Assembly: GCA_036172245.1 (NCBI GenBank)
Contig: JAYWIR010000013.1
Location: 3,782,001-3,846,000 of the forward strand
Source: Raillietiella orientalis
Lineage: Eukaryota
Direction of reading: 5' to 3'
Length of the DNA stretch: 64,000 nt
Below, in pieces: positions 48,601 through 59,699 of this stretch (positions are counted from its first letter, which is position 1; each line of letters begins with the position of its first letter). The translations under genes and the position numbers were made by a program. The notes under the pieces were generated by a model. That model had not been told where the DNA came from. It made no database searches and saw only the letters and a program-made list of their open reading frames with translations.

Positions 48601-50200
48601 GTAGCGCTCATGGATGCAGATGGTGCTCGCAAGAGGAGGCCGCAGATACGAATACGGGTAGATATCAGTAGGAATCGCTCTTATAGATGAGTAGCTACTA
48701 TGCTTTTCAGAGATGGTGAGATCCAACTCTTCTCGAAGTTTTGTCTCGGGACTAAATTGGTGAAAATGAACGGAAGACACGGAAAATTCGCTTGACCTAC
48801 GACCCAAAGAGAGCTCAGCAAGCCTTCCGCAACTCTTTTGTTGCTCCGAAGTGTGCTCTTCTTTCTCCATGGCTTTAGTAGCGAGATTCGACAAATATTT
48901 ATACAGGGAAGAAACACAGCAATCGAATAGATCGATCGATCGGACGGTGATCTCCGGAATTCCAGAACCTCCCTGCTGCTTCCTCGGTCTCCTCCCTGCC
49001 TTGTTCGGAGGTGTCTTCCAAAGCCATTCGCCCGCGGAGGCAGTGCACTTTTCTTGCAGATGAGCTGCGTCAGCACTTGGGAGATCCGCCCCGACCGCGT
49101 TCGCCAATCGAACAAGGCGGCGGGTGTTCACCGGGAGAAAGGCTTCACGGGCGTGTGGGAACGCGCCGGGGCACCCTCAAAGCCAGGAGAAAAAAGCCAC
49201 GCGGGGTTTGCATCAGTTGTTTGAGGACAGTTTCGCAAGGCGCCTGCAGCGACCTGGTCCAGAGATAGGAGCATTTCATGATTCCGTGCATTTCATGCAC
49301 CAGACGGTGGTGGAAACCGACCTCCTCGGTTGGCCATGCCTTCCCCGACTCCTCAGCTCGTGCAGCGGTGGCTGTAAGCCTTGACGGGAGCTCCTCTCCG
49401 AGCATCGAGCATCCACAGATGAAACGGTTGAATTCACTCCTCCATCAGTACGTGAGTCACGATGGGAAAGAACGTTCCGGAAACTTGGGTCCGAGGGGCA
49501 AACGCATCCAAAGGCCCGAAGACGGCGCACCGATCTCCGCAGTTTCATTCTGCTCGCGAATCGAATCCCTCGAGCGAAGCGCTCCAGCGGTCTCCGTGCT
49601 TCTGGAGGATTGGATGTCTCCACGTTCCCAGATGACACTTGGGCTGCGTGCGTTACGGTCAGGTGCCCAACTCAGCCTCATCCTTTCGTCCACTGCTCTC
49701 CTCTAACAAGCAGACGGTACCCCAGGAGACAGAGCTGGTACGCGGGTCCGCTTCAGTGAGCGTGGGAGGAGAAAAAAACATGCGGGAGAACTTTGGCAGC
49801 TGCCGGTCCTCTAGGAAACTGCGAATTTTCCGGAAGATTCTTGAGAGCTTCATGGAGATACGGAACACTTCTTCTGAGGACCGTGGCGTTACTTGGCTGG
49901 AAACGTTTTCGTTTGAGAGTTTCACCAGAAGAAATAGATCGGATTTTTTTTTCCAAGTAAACTGGTCACTTATCCGAGTGTAAGTGACCTTTAGCGTACA
50001 CCGACGGGGCACATTTTGCCCAACGCAGTCTCTCAAGAGTCCGGATTGGTGCGTGACCGCTGGTTCCTGGAGAATCACCAGTATTTATTACTCTTTGGAA
50101 TGAGTAGGAGAGGATGATGGGATGCTCATGCCAGCAACTTTTTCCATTGAGGAACGCACGGAACTCTCGGAGTCCGTGCAACTGCAATCAGTAGGAAAAC
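45650..50200 (-). mobile_element. Long degenerate LINE (ORF1, endonuclease, RT); possibly two abutting copies
   Basis: 'CMKC' ~49290; 'PETKL' (QETK) ~48745; 'L*VYAP' ~48590; 'LLQGEFN' (GDFN) ~48450; 'GGDP..ADW' (KGD...NWRP-like) ~47030; 'RPRQ' ~46715; YADD-like 'PEDL' ~46540 and 'CVDDV' ~46378; 'DLGLP' ~45695. Confidence 0.7.
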
Positions 50201-50469
50201 TTTCCCGCAATGGAGGCCGCTAGAGAATCGTCTTTTGGCTTGCAGAGTTTCCCCTTTCGGATGAGCGGACCGCGTTTAAGGGCCTCGGCAGGAGTGTCTC
50301 ATCAAGAAAGGTCACCAAAACGAGGTGGGATGTGTTGCCGGCTTTGAACGAGTCGCACGGAGACGCCGGCTGCCACCAGGAACGGATCGGGAACGGTGGA
50401 CGCAGAAAGTCGGTGTGGGGACCCCCATTCCGAGATTTCCAGATTGTGGAGGGCGACCGGAGAGCGAGG

Positions 50470-51240
50470 GACGGGGTCTTTGATTATCACCCGGCTACGC
50501 AGGGCCAGTGGTCCAGCCCCGTCCTTTTTTGATCTAGACTGCCGCGTTGCCGGTTCGCCGACCGGTGAGTCCACCACGGCAGCAGAGGGGAGCGGACAAA
50601 CAAAAAGAAATGGAAAAATAAATAAATAAATTGGAGCGAGGGGAGTTCGGGAAGGGATCGCGGTCTGCTGGGGGCGGTCCTCTGTGTCCTTTGGAGGATG
50701 CCGGCAAGGCCTTGCTAGATGTCATTCAGGTGGGGCCATCTCGTTTCCGTCCTCAGGAAGCGGACGGGGAAGTGGACGTGGCACCCTTGTCGCTCGGTCC
50801 TCCCCTCGCGTCTCTCCAGACCGCCAGAATCCTGCGTAGGCAGCAGAGGCTGCTGGCGAGGCTGCCGCCGAAGTGCGTCGCGTAGGAGGAGGGGCCGCAA
50901 AGCGTCCCCGGAGTTGCCGCCGGAGGGTCCCCCAAATCTCTGCAAAGCGTTCGCAGATGGGCCGGAGGGCAGCACGATCCACGAGCAGGTGTGAGAGGGA
51001 TTCATGCTCCTTGCACCCGCCACAGTTCGGGTCCACCCACCCATCCACCCCCGTGTCCAGTGTTGCCAGCGGGCGTTGCGCGGGAGGCACCAGTGCAGCG
51101 GCAGCTTCGCCGACTCCTGCCACTTTAATGGGAGGGTGTGTCTATCCAGAAGCAATGAGGACCACTGCAGGCCTTCCTCCAGAATACCCAGTAGCTCGCA
51201 CCAGCGCAAAAGCCCATCTTTGAGAGGACAGGGTCTTTGA
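50470..51240 (-). mobile_element. LINE family A 3' fragment
   Basis: 'LHWCLPRNARWQHW', 'NCGGCKEHESLSHLLVDRAALRPICERF', 'RTETRWPHLNDI' and 'LAGILQRTQRT', then tail motif CTGCTGCCGTGG at 50574-50585. Confidence 0.85.
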
Positions 51241-51299
51241 GAGGTCCTGCCGAGTGCAGCGACGTTTCTTATTTGCTTTCCCTATTTGAACATCACTTG

Positions 51300-52000
51300 A
51301 AATTCTCCAAAATAAGATCGAGATTGTTACTTGGGCAACTGAAGAGAGCTTTTCGAAGTACAGGATGCTCGAAAGGCTCTCTGCGAGTACAAACAGAGTG
51401 AAGAGTGACAGTGGCGTGGAGGCTCCGAAGATGAAGTACGTACGATAAAGGCCACCGTCTGCTGAATTACAAGTGCTAACGAGTTCTTGGCGAGCCGCCT
51501 GAAGGAGTGCTCACAAAGAGTGAGCACTCCTTCAGGGTCACCCCGCAGCGTACTCGGAAGCATTCCTGCTCCCCTTTCGATCGGAGCGGACCGTATGGAG
51601 CAATGGTTGCCCGCCTGCTTCCTCCTCTTGCCCTTGAGTTCGGCGCGCACCTGTGGCAGCCGGAGACAGCGTCACCGCGTGCGCCTCGAAACCGTCTTTG
51701 ACTTGAACGATTTGGGATCCAAGTTGCATGAAGGTAACCGCGCTCGCGGAAGGAAGAAGTTCCTCCCAAGCACCCCCTCCCCCAGCAGACTCTTGAATCG
51801 TGCACGATCGGCAGAGAGCCGGTTTTGTGACGTAGAAGCCCCATCGATGGAGGCCTCTTCGACAGAGTCGTCTCAGAGAGCAATCATGGGACCTTTCCGC
51901 TTGCTAGGAGAGGGCCCGCGGATCTTACGATGGATGGAGCTCGTTCGCTCGAGGAACTCTTCCTGTCCATTATTTTTTCTTCTTTTTTCCCCTCGGGCTG
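51300..52000 (+). mobile_element. LINE RT N-terminal fragment
   Basis: 'LLNYK' + 'LASRLKEC' (LLNxDYKxxxxxLAxRL) and 'LETVFD' (xEKAFD-like). Confidence 0.65.
51498..51536. repeat. Perfect 17-bp inverted repeat with 5-nt loop
   Basis: CCTGAAGGAGTGCTCAC-AAAGA-GTGAGCACTCCTTCAGG. Confidence 0.95.
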
Positions 52001-52099
52001 GCCGGAGAGTCGCGCGCGCAGGGCTGGTTGCCTAGACACCCGTTTCTTTCGAGCCAAGACGAGCAGCTTCTTCCCACGGGGCCGTCCAACGGCAGATGG

Positions 52100-54400
52100 C
52101 AGCGAGCCAAGCTCCTTCGCACCGCGCCAAAGCACGCGACGCGGGGGTCGAGGAGTGGATGCAAATTTCTCCGCACGTCCGGCGCTCTGGAGTTCCCACC
52201 CGCTCTTCTCGCGCGAGGCATGCGCAGCTCCCAATTCCCTTCCGTCGGCTTTGGGGGCGTCTCATGCGTCCAACCCCCACCCGACTCACGACTGTGCTCC
52301 TCCGTGCTCACGGGGGTGGGGCAGCCGCGACCCCTGAGCAACGAAGATCGTCCCGAGACTCGCGAAAACGCATGACGGAGAGGCTCCAGCTGGCAGCTCT
52401 GAGCCGCGATCAAACAACTCCGTGCTCGCGGAGAGGCGGAGCAGCTCCCTCCGCTGTTTGTAGTGGGAACGAACGCGGGCGCTCAAACAGCCCGGTTTTT
52501 CTTTGCTCTTGCCGGGAACAAAGTCGACGTAGCACGTCTCCACTTCCCGCCAGAGATAACGTCACTGTTTGTTCAGGAGTGCACACGTCACCTGCATCCT
52601 CCTCCTGCCCTTCGTGGAAGTCGCCCCCCTCCCTTCGTCGCCTCGGCCGCTGGCTACCCGGCGTTTCGGGAAGCGCCTCTGCGCGGGATTCTCCCCGCCG
52701 CCGCTGCTACGAAGAAGCCCCATGCACCCTCCCCCCCCCCCATTCGGCCGCTCTCCACAGCGCGCGAAGTGTTTGCCGAGGCAGCTCCAATAACTGCTGT
52801 TTGCTTTCGATTTCCGTTGACGTGCAACGACTCTCCCTGACGAGGAGCGAGCGAGTTTGTGCGCGCGACCCGGGACCCGCTCGCGTTAACGACGGCGACA
52901 CGTGGGTTGTTCAGTTTGATTGGGAGGCGGGGGAAGCTGCCATAAACAGGCAGGGAAGTCTGGCTGTCGGATCGCGTGGGCTTCGGGACGCGGAGGAACC
53001 TCTGCTTCGTTACAGAGTTTCAGCAAATCCCCTCCCCCATAGACATTCCGGTGCATTCTTTTGGAAACTCTGCAACGGGGAATCTTCCCTGGGGCCTGCA
53101 CGTGGGGGGGGGGGGGGAGGTCAGCAGCGTGCGTACCAGCGTACCCTCGGAAACGGAGCGTGGAGCCATTTTCGCGGCTTTGGCTCTTCAGGGCGCTCCA
53201 TCCGTTCACCCATTCGCTGGCGGCAGCGGAAGCGCCAAGGCTCCACGCGTCCAGGGCAGTCAACGAGGTAGGCCTGCTGTTTCCGAAGGCACTCCAGGCT
53301 CTTCCAAGGGACCCAGAATGCAATTCGCAGTTTAGTGACTCCGCCGGACTGGAGAAAACCTGACCGGTATCCACCCTCCTCCCATTTGGAAGGGCAATTA
53401 TGGATGCTCCGCCGTTGCTGGGAAGCTCCTTCAACCGCAGCTCACGCTGTTGACAGTACGGCCAGCCGTCTTTTGTTGGCGAGGTTTGACCTGGATACCT
53501 TCGGGCCACTCCGCGGACTCGCTTCTGAGCGGCCTGTCTCCTACATGTCAGAGTACGTCTGACACGCCACGAGATCTGTCCAAACAGAATGCGCGCTTCA
53601 AGGAAGTGAAATGTCATCGGCGAAGGTGGACTTCCCTCCCTCCTCCTCCTCAACGCCTAACATCGTCGTCACCTTCAATCCATCCGGTGCAGCTCGTAAG
53701 GTGGCCGCTGCTGCCACCTTATCGGTGCAATCGACAAATCAATTGGCCACACCGATACGTTGAGACTCCATGAAGACGGGGAGGAACTCCGGATCCCTTT
53801 CCTCCAGGCTTCTTTTGCCGAGGACCAACCCTCGGCAGAAGAAGGGACTGGGAGAGACATCCGACATTCCGTCATTCTTGCAGCGACGAAGCGTCGTGCC
53901 CGCTGCTGCACCGCCAAAACTCGCACCTCCGAGCTCGCATCCACGCCAACCACCCATCCGGGATTTTCCTCGTACTCTCCCTTCCCCGTCTCTTCATCGT
54001 ACCCAGACGCGCTGGGAGGTTCCAGGAAATCCTATGAGGGTGAAGAAGGGATGGAACTTTGGTAGAGGTGCGACCGGGCTCACCGGCGCCTGACAAGCAA
54101 TCGGCTGGTGCATTTTTCCATCCGTCTGCGCGCCCCCAAGAGCGCAGACGGGCGGGCATCTTGGAGAGTCTTTCCTTCCCTCCTCTCCCTTCCGCCCCTT
54201 CCAAGATCTCATTCCGCTGCTCCATGCAGCGTTGCCTGCAGTAGCAGCAGGTAGCAGCACTTTCCCAGCGCGTGCGGGGAGAGGGCCCGAGGGAGCTGTT
54301 CCCCTGGATCCGACCTCAATCGCGGGGGATTGCCGCGCCTTGAAGCTGCTGATGACGACTCGCATCCGCAGCTACACAGAGGGGTCACGCTCATTAGCGG
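52100..54400 (+). mobile_element. LINE 5' fragment (ORF1 knuckle plus endonuclease relic)
   Basis: 'FLCSCREQ' (knuckle-like) ~52505, 'SISVDVQRL' (SxNVxGL-like) ~52815, 'GSRGL' ~52970 and 'ARFDLD' (SRxD-like) ~53480. Confidence 0.45.
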
Positions 54401-54722
54401 ATTCCTCACGCCTCCCCCGCGACTGCCGACTGTTGCACTTCAGTCACGGCGTGCAGAGTCCCGCAGCGCGCCTCATGGGGGCACGGAACCCCCAAACGAG
54501 GGAGGGTCCTCCTTCGGTCAGCCCGGCCGGAGGAGCTCCCAAGAATCCGAGAAAATTTGCGATTGTTCCTCGCCACCTTCGCGGCCCGTTCGTCGCGTCC
54601 GCGTGCCATCTCAGAGGAAATGGCGCTTTGCCCGGGAGCGGAGCCTGTCGCGCTCCTGCTGCGGGCAGCAGAGAGAGAACAGCCTCCTCTGCCTCCTTTT
54701 CTTTTTTTTTTTTTCCGTGAGG

Positions 54723-54724
<2 letters not shown>

Positions 54725-54754
<30 letters not shown>
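54725..54754 (+). repeat. (CTG)10 microsatellite
   Basis: Read directly. Confidence 0.95.
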
Positions 54755-54756
<2 letters not shown>

Positions 54757-54759
54757 TCC

Positions 54760-55300
54760 GAGTTCCATTTGCCGGAGAAAGACAGCCTTGAGTGCCCCAC
54801 GAGTGCCGTTGAGAAGCTGCCCGATCAGAGAGGGGGGGGATACGAACCGAGCTGTCCGAGACGGGTTTGGAACCGGTGGCACTTCCCGTCGAGGGTCGCT
54901 TCCTGGACTTTCGGTTGCCCCCCAGAACTCCGCCTTCAGTGGCTGCGAACCTCACGGACATTTCGCCCTCCTCAAGAAGGAAAGGAAGAGGGAGAATAGT
55001 GAGGTGCTTTCTGCAGCCGGGGCGACTCTCGACAGCCCCACTTGTCGAGTCCTCCGACGGATGATAGAGGGCTGCTGCGCTGCGCGCTCATGCCGGACGT
55101 TCTCTCCGGCGCCGGACGATTGACCGACCGGCTTGCCGCCGATGTTCCCACCTCGCAGCAGCGGACGACTTTCAAGATGGCTGGTCAGGACTCGCCCTGC
55201 CTCCGAATTCCTCTGGGGAACCACCGGAGCCCCAAGCATCGAGATCCAGAGACCACCTTTCCTCCTCTGAAAATCCAGTCGCTGTCGTTCCTTTCTTCTT
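54760..55300 (+). mobile_element. Possible LINE ORF2 C-terminal fragment
   Basis: 'RVWNRWHFPSRVASWTF' (W..VW...P.K...F.W-like) and 'PTCRV...IEG'. Confidence 0.35.
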
Positions 55301-55449
55301 CATTTCGTTGTTGAGGAGATTGGCGAAGATTTTCGGAGCCCTGATCTTGTTTCTTTGACTAGTACGAACCGGACCTCTCTCCTCCGCCGCCTCCCGAAGT
55401 CAGCCGGTCGGGTCACTTTCTATGCGCCTCCTCCAGTCGGTTCTGGTGA

Positions 55450-57100
55450 CCAGAGCTTCATCTTCTGAAGCTGGCATCCTCAAGGAAAGGTGTCTGAGTG
55501 CGAGGAGACAGTCGGGTCGAAGAAAAAAAAAAAATTGGCCGGCTCTTCTGGGAGGTGTGAAGGAGAGAGCTGGCATCAATAAATTGGCCATGTCGATACA
55601 TTGAGACCTCATGCAAATGATGGGCACCAAGCCCGACCTGTACGAAGTTCGCGATCGGATTGGGTTTGCAGAGATCCATTTTTTTCAGGCTGCTCTTGCG
55701 GAGGACCAACCCTTAACTAGAGAAATCGGAAAAGATCCGACGGCCTGTCATTCTTGGAGCGACGGATCTTGAAGGCACAAGATGACGCGGCAGGCTCGTG
55801 GTTTCCGTGGTGGCACGATCCAAACGCAACGCCTTGAAGAGCTAGCAAGAAAAGCGCGTCGGCAGAAAAGTTGGGAACGAATCGAGCAAGGGAAGCTAGT
55901 AGAGGGATTCATCAGTGCCCACCCACCTCCGTAGCTGTCCGGGATCTCAGATGCTGATTCTGAATTCACGAAAGAGAGGTCGCGGATTGGAAGTGGGGTT
56001 ATTCCTCGTTCTTGCCTACAAGAGATCCACTGTTTCAGCCCGGCTCTCCGCTTCTTGCCAAAGCCAACGATTTCCAGCAGGCCCAGGAACAAGGGAGCAA
56101 CGCAGGGACAGATTTATTTCATGCAGCACAGATCGTAACCGCTCGCCTGGTTCGAGAAAAGAATGCCTACCTGACTGTGGCTCGGTCAACGTCTTTGCGA
56201 GGTCTACCAGCCTGCTCCAAAGCTCCGAGGCAACGACGAGGACGAACGCCGAGGACCTGGAAGCGGGACTCCGACCACTGAGAGTTTGCTCCGGTTTCTT
56301 GGAACCAGGGGCGAAGGCGGGTCCGTCCTTCGTAGGGGTCGGTTTCGAAAGACAGCAGCTGCATGTTCGAGAAAAACCGGATTCGTAGGGATTCGTAGGT
56401 CCAAGTGGACATCTCTGGAAGCGAATAGCCAACAGGACGTTCCTTCTGGACGTTGACCTGGAAACGATCCCAGGCCCGGCATGCTGCAGGGAGTAGTTTT
56501 CCGCGACCACACTGGGAGTTCCTTCTTCCGCATCGGGCAGTTGCTTTTGAGAGAAGGGAAGATTGTCTTCTGGAAGAGCCTTTGCGAGATTGTTCCATCT
56601 GGAAGAGAGGGAAACCTGTGCATTCCGTCGTTTGCTCTGCTCGACCCTGAAGCCGGAGGAAGGAGATCCGCAAGCTGCAAGAGCTGGACCCAGAGCAGGG
56701 TTGTCCCTCGCGTTCCGGCGAGTTCCAAAATGCTGACAACAAACAAACAGGGAGGCACCAACAGCAATAGCAAAGGCACCTCGCCACTCCGGGTTGGCCA
56801 CGTCCTCCATTTTATCTTGGACCATAAATCCCCCGGCGCAGGACTTTTCGTCCGGCCGAAGACCGACTATAAATTCTTGGAATGCTGCGGGTGCCGTCCG
56901 TCCTCGAGAGGAATTGGCGCACTCCTTCTCTCTCTAATGAGACCGTCTGTCAGCCGACTCATGAGGAATGCGTGGCGGACATCTTTCCTCCCGACGTTTT
57001 TCCTAAATTCTTTCCTTTCTCCTCGGAACAGTACCGCAGTCTTTGGGCCGCTCCGACCTATTAACGAAGCGAACCTCCGAAGGCCGGATCATGATTTGGC
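55450..57100 (-). mobile_element. LINE RT C-terminal half, degenerate
   Basis: 'EGVRQFLS' (GVRQGxPLS) ~56915, 'IAVGASLF' (few substitutions from FADDAxLF) ~56760 and 'SGFRVEQSK' (SGLxxNxxK) ~56645. Confidence 0.7.
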
Positions 57101-57499
57101 GTTTAGTTGATAATGATCGTCTTTACATCCGAAGTGATTAGACCTCTCGTCCTATTGATAGAATACACACTGTTCACTAATAAATCTGCGAAGCTCCAAA
57201 CCACCCCAGGCCGTCATCACTTTAAATGTGCGTCTTATCACGTCGCTCTGATGAACCTCGGCGCGAAGGCCATAATTGAGCACGAGTTGCCGACACATCT
57301 TCGCTGATATATCGAACCGTTTCCATCCCGAAATTTTGAATTATGTAACAGGAAAGATGGGAAAAACCGGGCCGGGGAACCTCAGCAGCGCCAGCGGTCG
57401 TGAAAGTTAAGCTTTACCACGTACGAATTAAATGATCACCGTCGGATTTATCTCCTTCTTGTGACGTCAGCTCACGACGCGGAATCTCTGGCCTGCTCC

Positions 57500-59650
57500 G
57501 GAAGGTGCAAATCATTCCTTGGCTCGAGAAAGCGGAGGAGGCAGACAGGTTGAGCGTCACCGACCTGACCCGAGCGAGGGATGTGTACGGTCCCCTCCTC
57601 CCCCCCTTTCCCTCTCCCATCTTCAGGGAGGTTCTGCGCGGGCGCCGAGTTCGCTCCTGAGGAAATGGAATGAAGAGCCAGTCATCCCTGGAAATTCAAT
57701 CGTCCCTAGGACGGAAAGGTGGTTCACCGCAGGTACGTCTCTGAGAGCATTCTGTGTGATGTTGGCAGGAACTTCCTTTCCTTGCCTCACGACTGGAGGA
57801 GATGCTCGCTCGGCACACCAGCACCGAGAAACCTTCTGCGGAGACGGTTTCCATGGTCGCGCGGCCCCCGGTGTCAGCCTCCATTATTGCAGGGCGGCGG
57901 CGAGAATTCCCAAGCTGACGTCTCATCCGAGAGACCTTGGAATCGAAGTCCTCTTCCCCGAAGCACCAGTGATCATCCAGAGCCCAGAGTCTGTCTGGAG
58001 CAAAAACTGCACGTGTCATCTTGCACCCTCAGTTAAGGTACACGTCAGGGGCCAGTTCCGAGCACCTGTACCAATACTCTTTGCTCTAAACTTCGTTCTG
58101 TGGCGTTCCCGTTTGAAGCAAGAAAAAAGCAGTGAAAGTGCACTTCAGCATAAAGGTGTACGGGTCTTGCGTTAGCAACAAGACCACACCACGTTGCTTT
58201 CTCGATGAGAAGGTCGGAGTGCGATAAGAAAAAACAGTCCAAAGCACCAAATGAAAATCGCTCTCGATGACAATCACGGCAGCTCATCAGAAATAAGGAA
58301 TCAGGCAGATTGCGGCTGCTTTTCAAGCCTCTGTGCTTTTGTGTGACCACCAAGATAGTCGGAACGATTCTTCCGCTGGAAAGGACGGTTCTTAGAAGGG
58401 GTCTGAGAGGTTGCGAAACGCATCTGGCCCCTCTTGAAACTCATCTGGAGAGGAGAGGAGGAAAGGGGGCGATTAGTTCTTCGTTGCCAAAGAACCTCTT
58501 CCTAACGCTTTCGACGCAGTCGGAGGATTTTCTAGGGAGAGCGATTCTACAGAACAGTCAGAGCTCTCCCTGGTTGGATTCGGAAGCTGTTCCGTAGGTG
58601 TCTCCGGGAGGAAAGGAGGGTCGGAACGTCGGGAAACTAAGGGAGGAAGGAAGGAGCACCAGCCTGGCCTGGGTGGCAAGTAGACCACGGACGACTTGGA
58701 AACACGTCCGGCTCTACCCGTCGAATCTCTGCCGGGTCCGCTTCTCAGCTGAATTTCAGCCGTGGAGAATGTCGATCGAGGTGCGTGGCTGCTGCGCGAG
58801 TTCATCCGTCCCGTTCCTGGAGCGGAGCCATCGTTTGCTTCTGGAAACTTCCGCTCGCAGCTGCTGTCCTTTCGCACCTTTGCAAAATCGTACACTTCCA
58901 GTCAACAGATGACCGCTTCGTCCTGAAACGGCGAGAGGCATTTGCCGGAGTGGAAGTGCCTAACTCGGGATGATCGATAGCCGGGGACCCGTTGGCAACA
59001 TGAAAATAGCAGCTTTCCACGGATCGCCTCCGTAATGGGAGAGGCTGATTGGGATGGAGAAACTGTAATGCTCTGAACCACTGTGGACCACAAACAGAGC
59101 AGGAGGCATTTATCCGAGACAGGGAACGATTCCTCTTCATCCGTTCCTTGGAGGAAGGAGAGCATCCTGCCGGAGGCTCCGTGGAGCGTCAAGGCTGACT
59201 ATGAGAAAGTAGTGCTCGACCGGTACAGGACCGATTTTCTGGAGAAGTGTCTAATTGTTTCCATGACGAAAGCAGGATGGTTAAGCGCGGTAAGAGAGAG
59301 TGCTTAGCGACGAAGAACGAATACCTCCAACTTCCTTGGATTCACCCATCGCCGTGGGAAGAGTCGCAATGGCGGACTTAACCAAAAGCAGGAAACTGCA
59401 AAACCAGATGTATCCAGACAGATGAGAGAAAACAAAGAATGGATGGGGAGGTTTCGAGATCGCAATCGTCTTCATCCTCTCGGAGCTGCCTGTTGGATGT
59501 TCCTGAAGAGCGGACGGACTGTTTTCCAGAGAAGAAAGACCTAGATGGAATCTCATTCCTGCCCAGTGTGCTCATGTGAATCGTGCCAGCACGATACGCA
59601 GGAACGTATGGTGGGATTCTCATTGCTGCCGTCCGTCATGGTGAAGTTGC
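57500..59650 (-). mobile_element. LINE 5' fragment (ORF1 plus endonuclease), lacking RT
   Basis: 'FC.RC' knuckle ~58880, 'VVTQKHRGL' (TxNVRGL) ~58340, 'QRGVVLL' ~58185 and 'WCFGEEDFD' (WxxGGDFN) ~57955. Confidence 0.65.
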
Positions 59651-59699
59651 TCCTTGCAGGTCGCTCCTGGCAACCCAAGACTCGGACTTAATGAGTCCT

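Noticed and set aside
52096..53271. 391-aa ORF as an intact gene
   Set aside because: Contains only corrupted knuckle and endonuclease motifs with catalytic residues missing. Treated as a LINE relic.
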